Made by a program: the position numbers and the translations under genes
The notes under the pieces: model-generated
Database searches by the model: none
Seen by the model: only the letters and a program-made list of their open reading frames with translations
Told to the model about the DNA's origin: nothing
Shown: positions 51,601 through 62,400 of the stretch, piece after piece
Layout of the letters: each line of letters begins with the position of its first letter
Numbering within the stretch: the stretch's first letter is position 1
Source: Eledone cirrhosa
Taxonomy: Eukaryota
Length of the DNA: 64,000 nucleotides
NCBI GenBank assembly: GCA_964016885.1
Contig: OZ024740.1
Span: 137,826,001-137,890,000 of the forward strand
Direction of reading: 5' to 3'

Positions 51601-54600
51601 TCAATCTCCAATTCTCTCTTTCTCTTATCACTTTTCTCTCAATCTCCAATTCTCTCTTTCTCTTCTCACTTTTCCCCCAATCTCCAATTCTCTCTTTCTC
51701 TCATCAATTTTCTCCCAATCTCCAATTCTCTCTTTCTCTCATCAATTTTCTCTCAATCTCCAATTCTCTCTTTCTCTTATCACTTTTCCCCCATCTCCAA
51801 TTCTCTCTTTCTCTTATCACTTTTCTCTCAATCTCCAATTCTCTCTTTCTCTTATCACTTTTCTCTCAATCTCCAATTCTCTCTTTCTCAAATCACTTTT
51901 CTCTCAATCTCCAATTCTCTCTTTCTCAAATCACTTTTCTCTCAATCTCCTATTCTCTCTTTCTCTTATCACTTTTCTCTCAATCTCCAATTCTCTATTT
52001 CTCTTATCACTTTTCCCCCAATCTCCAATTCTCTCTTTCTCTTATCACCTTTCTCTCAATCTCCAATTCACTCTTTCTCTTATCGCTTTTCTTTCAATCT
52101 CCAATTCTCTCTTTCTTTATCACTTTTCTCTCAATGTCCAATTCTCTCTTTCTCTTACCACTTTTCTGCCAATCTACAATTCTCTCTTTCTCTTATCACT
52201 TTTCTTTCAATCTCCAATTCTCTCTTTCTCTTATCACTTTTCTCTCAATCTCCAATTCTCTCTTTCTCCTCTCACTTTTGCCCCAATCTCCAATTCTCTC
52301 TCTTTCTCTTATCAGTTTTCTCTCAATCTCCAATTATCTCTTAGTCTTATCACTTTTCTCTCAATCTACAATTCTCTATTTCTCTTATCACTTTTACCCC
52401 AATCTCCAATTCTCTCTTTCTCATATCACTTTTCTCTCAATCTCCAATTCTCTCTTTCTCTTATCACTTTTCTCTCAATCTCCAATTCTCTCTTTCTTTC
52501 ATCACTTTTCTCTCAATCTCCAATTCTCTCTTTCTCTTATCACTTTTCTGCCAATCTCCAATTCTCTCTTTCTCTTATCACTTTACTCTCAATCTCCAAT
52601 TCTCTCTTTCTCTTATCACTTTTCTCTCAATCTCCAATTCTTTCTTTCTCTAATCACTTTTCTCTCAATCTCCAATACTCTCTTTCTCTTATCAATTTTC
52701 TCTCAATCTCCAATTCTTTCTTTCTCTTATCACTTTTCTCTCAATCCCCAATTCTCTCTTTCTCTTATCACTTTTCTCTCAATCTCCAATTCTTTCTTTC
52801 TCTTATCACTTTTATCTCAATCTCCCATTCTGTCTTTCTCTTATCACTTTTCCCCCAATCTCCAATTCTCTCTTTCTCTTCTCACTTTTCTCTCAATCTC
52901 CAATCCTCTCTTTCTGTTATCACTTTTCTCTCAATCTCCAATTCTCTATTTCTCTTATCACTTTTCCCCCAATCTCCAATTCTCTCTTTCTCTTATCACT
53001 TTTCTTTCAATGTCCTGTTCTCTCTTTGTCTTATCACTTTTCTCTCAATCTACAATTCTCTCTTTCTCCTCTCACTTTTCCCCCAATCTCCAATTCTCTC
53101 TCTTTCTCTTATCACTTTTCTCTCAATCTCCAATTCTCTCTTTCTTTTCTCACTTTTCCCCCAATCTCCAATTCTCTCTTTCTCTTCACACTTTTCCCCC
53201 AATCTCCAATTCTCTCTTTCTCTCATCAATTTTCTCTATATCTCCAATTCTCTCTTCCTCTTATCATTTTTCTCTTAATCTCCAATTCTCTCTTTCTCTT
53301 CTCACTTTTCCCCCAAACTCCAATTCTCTCTTTCTATTCTCAGTTTTCCCCCAATCTCCAATTCTCTCTTTCTCTCATCACTTTTCTCTCAATCTCCAAT
53401 TCTATCTTTCTCTTCTCACTTTTCTCTCAATCTCCAATCCTCTCTTTCTGTTATCACTTTTCTCTCAATCTCCAATTATCTCTTACTCTCATCACTTTTC
53501 TCTCAATCTCCAATTCTCTATTACTCTTATCACTTTTCCCCCAATCTCCAATTCTCTCTTTCTCATATCACTTTTCTCTCAATCTCCAATTCTCTCTTTC
53601 TCTTATCACTTTTCTCTCAATCTCCAATTCTCTCTTTCTTTCATCACTTTTCTCTCAATCTCCAATTCTCTCTTTCTCTTATCACTTTTCTGCCAATCTC
53701 CAATTCTCTCTTTCTCTTATCACTTTTCTCTCCATCTCCAATTCTCTCTTTCTCTTATCACTTTTCTTTCAATCTCCAAATCTCTCTTTCTCTTATCACT
53801 TTTCTATCAATCTCCAATTCTCTCATTCTCTTATCACTTTTCTCTCAATCTCCAATTCTCTCTTTCTCTTCTCACATTTCCCCCAATCTCCAATTCTCTC
53901 TTTCTATTCTCACATTTCCCCCAATCTCCAATTCTCTCTTTCTCTCATCACTTTTCTCTCAATCTCCAATTCTCTCTTTCTCTCCTCACTTTTCTCTGAA
54001 TCTCCAATTCTCTCTTTATCTTCTCACTTTTCTCTCAATCTCCAATCCTCTCTTTCTGTTCTCAGTTTACTCCCAATCTCCAATTCTCTCTTTCTCTTAT
54101 CACTTTTCTCTCAATCTGCAATTCTCTCTTACTCTTATCACTTTTCCCCAATCTCCAATTCTCTCTTTCTATTATCACTTTTCTCTCAATCTCCAATTCT
54201 CTCTTTCTCTTATCACCTTTCCCCCAATCTCCAATTCTCTCTTTCTCTTATCACTTTTCTCTCAATCTCCAATTCTCTCTTTCTTTTATGACTTTTCCCC
54301 CAATTTCCAATTCTCTCTTTCTGTAATCAATTTTCTCTCAATCTCCAATTCTCTCTTTATCTTCTCACTTTTTTCTCAATCTCCAATTCTCTCTTTCTCT
54401 CATCACTTTTCTCTCCATCTCCAATTCTCTCTTTCTCTTATCACTTTTCTCTCAATCTCCATATCTCTCTTTCTCTTCTCACTTTTCCCCCAATCTCCAA
54501 TTCTCTCTTTCTCTTCTCACTTTTCCCCCAATCTCCAATTCTCTCTTTCTCTCATCAATTTTCTCTCAATCTCCAATTCTCTCTTTCTCTTATCACTTTT

Positions 54601-56079
54601 CCCCCATCTCCAATTCTCTCTTTCTCTTATCACTTTTCTCTCAATCTCCAATTCTCTCTTTCTCTTATCACTTTTCTCTCAATCTCCAATTCTCTCTTTC
54701 TCAAATCACTTTTCTCTCAATCTCCTATTCTCTCTTTCTCTTATCACTTTTCACTCAATCTCCCATTCCCTCTTTCTCTTATCACTTTTCTCTCAATCTC
54801 TAATTCTCTCTTTCTCTTATCACTTTTCTCTCAATCTCCAATTCTCTCTTTCTCTTATCACTTTTCTCTGAATCTCCAATTCTCTCTTTATCTTCTCACT
54901 TTTCTCTCAATCTACAATCTTCTCTTTCTGTTCTCAGTTTACCCCCAATCTCCAATTCTCTCTTTCTCTCATCCCTTTTCTCTCAATCTCCAATTCGCTC
55001 TTTCTCTTATCACTTTTCTCTCAATCTCCAATTCTCTCTTTCTCTTATCACTTTTCTCTCAATATCCAATTCTCTCTTTCTCTTATCACTTTTCCCCCAA
55101 TCTCCAATTCTCTCTTTCTCTTATCACTTTTCCCCCAATCTCCAATTCTCTCTTTCTCTTCTCACTTTTCCCCCAATCTCCAATTCTCTCTTTCTCTCAT
55201 CAATTTTCTCTCAATCTCCAATTCTCTCTTTCTCTTATCACTTTTCCCCCATCTCCAATTCTCTCTTTCTCTTATCACTTTTCTCTCAATCTCCAATTCT
55301 CTCTTTCTCTTATCACTTTTCTCTCAATCTCCAATTCTCTCTTTCTCAAATCACTTTTCTCTCAATCTCCTATTCTCTCTTTCTCTTATCACTTTTCACT
55401 CAATCTCCCATTCCCTCTTTCTCTTATCACTTTTCTCTCAATCTCTAATTCTCTCTTTCTCTTATCACTTTTCTCTCAATCTCCAATTCTCTCTTTCTCT
55501 TATCACTTTTCTCTGAATCTCCAATTCTCTCTTTATCTTCTCACTTTTCTCTCAATCTACAATCTTCTCTTTCTGTTCTCAGTTTACCCCCAATCTCCAA
55601 TTCTCTCTTTCTCTTATCACTTTTCTCTCAATCTCCAATTCTCTCTTTCTCTTATCACTTTTCTCTCAATCTCCAATTCTCTCTTTCTCTTCTCACTTTT
55701 CCCCCAATCTCCAATTCTCTCTTTCTCTCATCAATTTTCTCTCAATCTCCAATTCTCTCTTTCTCTTATCACTTTTCCCCCATCTCCAATTCTCTCTTTC
55801 TCTTATCACTTTTCTCTCAATCTCCAATTCTCTCTTTCTCTTATCACTTTTCTCTCAATCTCCAATTCTCTCTTTCTCAAATCACTTTTCTCTCAATCTC
55901 CAATTCTCTCTTTCTCAAATCACTTTTCTCTCAATCTCCTATTCTCTCTTTCTCTTATCACTTTTCTCTCAATCTCCAATTCTCTATTTCTCTTATCACT
56001 TTTCCCCCAATCTCCAATTCTCTCTTTCTCTTATCACTTTTCTTTCAATCTCCAATTCTCTCTTTCTCTTATCACTTTT

Positions 56080-56450
56080 CTCTCAATCTCCAATTCTCTC
56101 TTTCTCCTCTCACTTTTGCCCCAATCTCCAATTCTCTCTCTTTCTCTTATCAGTTTTCTCTCAATCTCCAATTATCTCTTACTCTTATCACTTTTCTCTC
56201 AATCTACAATTCTCTATTTCTCTTATCACTTTTACCCCAATCTCCAATTCTCTCTTTCTCTTATCACTTTTCTCTCAATCTCCAATTCTCTCTTTCTCCT
56301 CTCACTTTTGCCCCAATCTCCAATTCTCTCTCTTTCTCTTATCAGTTTTCTCTCAATCTCCAATTATCTCTTACTCTTATCACTTTTCTCTCAATCTACA
56401 ATTCTCTATTTCTCTTATCACTTTTACCCCAATCTCCAATTCTCTCTTTC
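56080..56450. repeat. 192-bp (5-monomer) tandem duplication, also present at ~63.57-63.94 kb
   Basis: TTGCCCC...ATCAGTTTTC...TTTTACCCC repeats at 56116/56308 and 63608/63800. The paralogous blocks at ~52.3 kb and ~59.8 kb carry it only once. Confidence 0.87.
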
Positions 56451-59400
56451 TCATATCACTTTTCTCTCAATCTCCAATTCTCTCTTTCTCTTATCACTTT
56501 TCTCTCAATCTCCAATTCTCTCTTTCTTTCATCACTTTTCTCTCAATCTCCAATTCTCTCTTTCTCTTATCACTTTTCTGCCAATCTCCAATTCTCTCTT
56601 TCTCTTATCACTTTACTCTCAATCTCCAATTCTCTCTTTCTCTTATCACTTTTCTCTCAATCTCCAATTCTTTCTTTCTCTAATCACTTTTCTCTCAATC
56701 TCCAATACTCTCTTTCTCTTATCAATTTTCTCTCAATCTCCAATTCTTTCTTTCTCTTATCACTTTTCTCTCAATCTCCAATTCTCTCTTTCTCTTATCA
56801 CTTTTCTCTCAATCTCCAATTCTTTCTTTCTATTATCACTTTTATCTCAATCTCCCATTCTGTCTTTCTCTTATCACTTTTCCCCCAATCTCCAATTCTC
56901 TCTTTCTCTTCTCACTTTTCTCTCAATCTCCAATCCTCTCTTTCTGTTATCACTTTTCTCTCAATCTCCAATTCTCTATTTCTCTTATCACTTTTCCCCC
57001 AATCTCCAATTCTCTCTTTCTCTTATCACTTTTCTTTCAATGTCCTGTTCTCTCTTTGTCTTATCACTTTTCTCTCAATCTACAATTCTCTCTTTCTCCT
57101 CTCACTTTTCCCCCAATCTCCAATTCTCTCTCTTTCTCTTATCACTTTTCTCTCAATCTCCAATTCTCTCTTTCTTTTCTCACTTTTCCCCCAATCTCCA
57201 ATTCTCTCTTTCTCTTCACACTTTTCCCCCAATCTCCAATTCTCTCTTTCTCTCATCAATTTTCTCTATATCTCCAATTCTCTCTTCCTCTTATCATTTT
57301 TCTCTTAATCTCCAATTCTCTCTTTCTCTTCTCACTTTTCCCCCAAACTCCAATTCTCTCTTTCTATTCTCAGTTTTCCCCCAATCTCCAATTCTCTCTT
57401 TCTCTCATCACTTTTCTCTCAATCTCCAATTCTATCTTTCTCTTCTCACTTTTCTCTCAATCTCCAATCCTCTCTTTCTGTTATCACTTTTCTCTCAATC
57501 TCCAATTATCTCTTACTCTTATCACTTTTCTCTCAATCTCCAATTCTCTATTACTCTTATCACTTTTCCCCCAATCTCCAATTCTCTCTTTCTCATATCA
57601 CTTTTCTCTCAATCTCCAATTCTCTCTTTCTCTTATCACTTTTCTCTCAATCTCCAATTCTCTCTTTCTTTCATCACTTTTCTCTCAATCTCCAATTCTC
57701 TCTTTCTCTTATCACTTTTCTGCCAATCTCCAATTCTCTCTTTCTCTTATCACTTTACTCTCAATCTCCAATTCTCTCTTTCTCTTATCACTTTTCTCTC
57801 AATTTCCAATTCTCTCTTTCTCTTATCACTTTTCTCTCAATCTCTAATTCTCTCTTTCTCTTATCAATTTTCACTCAATCTCCAATTCTTTCTTTCTCTA
57901 ATCACTTTTCTCTCAATCTCCAATACTCTCTTTCTCTTATCAATTTTCTCTCAATCTCCAATTCTTTCTTTCTCTTATCACTTTTCTCTCAATCTCCAAT
58001 TCTTTCTTTCTCTTATCACTTTTATCTCAATCTCCCATTCTGTCTTTCTCTTATCACTTTTCCCCCAATCTCCAATTCTCTCTTTCTCTTCTCACTTTTC
58101 TCTCAATCTCCAATCCTCTCTTTCTGTTATCACTTTTCTCTCAATCTCCAATTCTCTATTTCTCTTATCACTTTTCCCCCAATCTCCAATTCTCTCTTTC
58201 TCTTATCACTTTTCTTTCAATCTCCAGTTCTCTCTTTGTCTTATCACTTTTCTCTCAATCTACAATTCTCTCTTTCTCCTCTCACTTTTCCCCCAATCTC
58301 CAATTCTCTCTCTTTCTCTTATCACTTTTCTCTCAATCTCCAATTCTCTCTTTCATTTCTCACTTTTCCCCCAATCTCCAATTATCTCTTTCTCTTCACA
58401 CTTTTCCCCCAATCTCCAATTCTCTCTTTCTCTCATCAATTTTCTCTATATCTCCAATTCTCTTTTTCTCTTATCACTTTACTCTCAATCTCCAATTCTC
58501 TCTTTCTCTTATCACTTTTCTCTCGATTTCCAATTCTCTCTTTCTCTTATCACTTTTCTCTCAATCTCTAATTCTCTCTTTCTCTTATCAATTTTCTCTC
58601 AATCTCCAATTCTTTCATTCTCTAATCACTTTTCTCTCAATCTCCAATACTCTCTTTCTCTTATCAATTTTCTCTCAATCTCCAATTCTTTCTTTCTCTT
58701 ATCACTTTTCTCTCAATCTCCAATTCTCTCTTTCTCTTATCACTTTTCTCTCAATCTCCAATTCTCTCTTTCTCTTATCACTTTTCTCTCAATCTCCAAT
58801 TCTCTCTTTCTCTTATCACTTTTCCCCCAATATCCAATTCTCTCTTTCTCTTCTCACTTTTCCCCCAATCTCCAATTCTCTCTTTCTCTCATCACTTTTC
58901 TCTCAATGTCCAATTCTCTCTTTCTCTTATCACTTTTCTCAAAATCTCCAATTCTATCTTTCTCTTCTCACTTTTCTCTCAATCTCCAATCCTCTCTTTC
59001 TGTTATCACTTTTCTCTCAATCTCCAATTCTCTATTTCTCTTATCACTTTTCCCCCAATCTCCAATTCTCTCTTTCTCTTATCACTTTTCTCTCAATCTC
59101 CAATTCTTTCTTTCTATTATTACTTTTCTCTCAATTTCTAATTCTCTCTTTCTCTTATCACTTTTCTTTCAATCTCCAATTCTCTCTTTGTCTTATCACT
59201 TTTCTCTCAATCTCCAATTCTCTCTTTCTCTCATCAATTTTCTCTCAATCTCCAATTCTCTCTTTCTCTTATCACTTTTCCCCCATCTCCAATTCTCTCT
59301 TTCTCTTATCACTTTTCTCTCAATCTCCAATTCTCTCTTTCTCTTATCACTTTTCTCTCAATCTCCAATTCTCTCTTTCTCAAATCACTTTTCTCTCAAT

Positions 59401-62400
59401 CTCCAATTCTCTCTTTCTCAAATCACTTTTCTCTCAATCTCCTATTCTCTCTTTCTCTTATCACTTTTCTCTCAATCTCCAATTCTCTATTTCTCTTATC
59501 ACTTTTCCCCCAATCTCCAATTCTCTCTTTCTCTTATCACCTTTCTCTCAATCTCCAATTCACTCTTTCTCTTATCGCTTTTCTTTCAATCTCCAATTCT
59601 CTCTTTCTTTATCACTTTTCTCTCAATGTCCAATTCTCTCTTTCTCTTACCACTTTTCTGCCAATCTACAATTCTCTCTTTCTCTTATCACTTTTCTTTC
59701 AATCTCCAATTCTCTCTTTCTCTTATCACTTTTCTCTCAATCTCCAATTCTCTCTTTCTCCTCTCACTTTTGCCCCAATCTCCAATTCTCTCTCTTTCTC
59801 TTATCAGTTTTCTCTCAATCTCCAATTATCTCTTACTCTTATCACTTTTCTCTCAATCTACAATTCTCTATTTCTCTTATCACTTTTACCCCAATCTCCA
59901 ATTCTCTCTTTCTCATATCACTTTTCTCTCAATCTCCAATTCTCTCTTTCTCTTATCACTTTTCTCTCAATCTCCAATTCTCTCTTTCTTTCATCACTTT
60001 TCTCTCAATCTCCAATTCTCTCTTTCTCTTATCACTTTTCTGCCAATCTCCAATTCTCTCTTTCTCTTATCACTTTACTCTCAATCTCCAATTCTCTCTT
60101 TCTCTTATCACTTTTCTCTCAATCTCCAATTCTTTCTTTCTCTAATCACTTTTCTCTCAATCTCCAATACTCTCTTTCTCTTATCAATTTTCTCTCAATC
60201 TCCAATTCTTTCTTTCTCTTATCACTTTTCTCTCAATCCCCAATTCTCTCTTTCTCTTATCACTTTTCTCTCAATCTCCAATTCTTTCTTTCTCTTATCA
60301 CTTTTATCTCAATCTCCCATTCTGTCTTTCTCTTATCACTTTTCCCCCAATCTCCAATTCTCTCTTTCTCTTCTCACTTTTCTCTCAATCTCCAATCCTC
60401 TCTTTCTGTTATCACTTTTCTCTCAATCTCCAATTCTCTATTTCTCTTATCACTTTTCCCCCAATCTCCAATTCTCTCTTTCTCTTATCACTTTTCTTTC
60501 AATGTCCTGTTCTCTCTTTGTCTTATCACTTTTCTCTCAATCTACAATTCTCTCTTTCTCCTCTCACTTTTCCCCCAATCTCCAATTCTCTCTCTTTCTC
60601 TTATCACTTTTCTCTCAATCTCCAATTCTCTCTTTCTTTTCTCACTTTTCCCCCAATCTCCAATTCTCTCTTTCTCTTCACACTTTTCCCCCAATCTCCA
60701 ATTCTCTCTTTCTCTCATCAATTTTCTCTATATCTCCAATTCTCTCTTCCTCTTATCATTTTTCTCTTAATCTCCAATTCTCTCTTTCTCTTCTCACTTT
60801 TCCCCCAAACTCCAATTCTCTCTTTCTATTCTCAGTTTTCCCCCAATCTCCAATTCTCTCTTTCTCTCATCACTTTTCTCTCAATCTCCAATTCTATCTT
60901 TCTCTTCTCACTTTTCTCTCCATCTCCAATCCTCTCTTTCTGTTATCACTTTTCTCTCAATCTCCAATTATCTCTTACTCTTATCACTTTTCTCTCAATC
61001 TCCAATTCTCTATTACTCTTATCACTTTTCCCCCAATCTCCAATTCTCTCTTTCTCATATCACTTTTCTCTCAATCTCCAATTCTCTCTTTCTCTTATCA
61101 CTTTTCTCTCAATCTCCAATTCTCTCTTTCTTTCATCACTTTTCTCTCAATCTCCAATTCTCTCTTTCTCTTATCACTTTTCTGCCAATCTCCAATTCTC
61201 TCTTTCTCTTATCACTTTTCTCTCCATCTCCAATTCTCTCTTTCTCTTATCACTTTTCTTTCAATCTCCAAATCTCTCTTTCTCTTATCACTTTTCTATC
61301 AATCTCCAATTCTCTCATTCTCTTATCACTTTTCTCTCAATCTCCAATTCTCTCTTTCTCTTCTCACATTTCCCCCAATCTCCAATTCTCTTTTTCTATT
61401 CTCACATTTCCCCCAATCTCCAATTCTCTCTTTCTCTCATCACTTTTCTCTCAATCTCCAATTCTCTCTTTCTCTCCTCACTTTTCTCTGAATCTCCAAT
61501 TCTCTCTTTATCTTCTCACTTTTCTCTCAATCTCCAATCCTCTCTTTCTGTTCTCAGTTTACTCCCAATCTCCAATTCTCTCTTTCTCTTATCACTTTTC
61601 TCTCAATCTGCAATTCTCTCTTACTCTTATCACTTTTCCCCAATCTCCAATTCTCTCTTTCTATTATCACTTTTCTCTCAATCTCCAATTCTCTCTTTCT
61701 CTTATCACCTTTCCCCCAATCTCCAATTCTCTCTTTCTCTTATCACTTTTCTCTCAATCTCCAATTCTCTCTTTCTTTTATGACTTTTCCCCCAATTTCC
61801 AATTCTCTCTTTCTGTAATCAATTTTCTCTCAATCTCCAATTCTCTCTTTATCTTCTCACTTTTTTCTCAATCTCCAATTCTCTCTTTCTCTCATCACTT
61901 TTCTCTCCATCTCCAATTCTCTCTTTCTCTTATCACTTTTCTCTCAATCTCCATATCTCTCTTTCTCTTCTCACTTTTCCCCCAATCTCCAATTCTCTCT
62001 TTCTCTTCTCACTTTTCCCCCAATCTCCAATTCTCTCTTTCTCTCATCAATTTTCTCTCAATCTCCAATTCTCTCTTTCTCTTATCACTTTTCCCCCATC
62101 TCCAATTCTCTCTTTCTCTTATCACTTTTCTCTCAATCTCCAATTCTCTCTTTCTCTTATCACTTTTCTCTCAATCTCCAATTCTCTCTTTCTCAAATCA
62201 CTTTTCTCTCAATCTCCTATTCTCTCTTTCTCTTATCACTTTTCACTCAATCTCCCATTCCCTCTTTCTCTTATCACTTTTCTCTCAATCTCTAATTCTC
62301 TCTTTCTCTTATCACTTTTCTCTCAATCTCCAATTCTCTCTTTCTCTTATCACTTTTCTCTGAATCTCCAATTCTCTCTTTATCTTCTCACTTTTCTCTC

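Noticed and set aside
522-61783. Dozens of long + strand ORFs (up to 1791 aa) encoding S/L/F/I/P-rich hydrophobic proteins
   Set aside because: The 38-bp unit is not a multiple of 3, ORFs overlap in all three frames and give the same cyclic peptide, and starts and stops are sporadic variant monomers. Frameshifting 37, 39 and 40-bp monomers are common and there is no non-repetitive domain.
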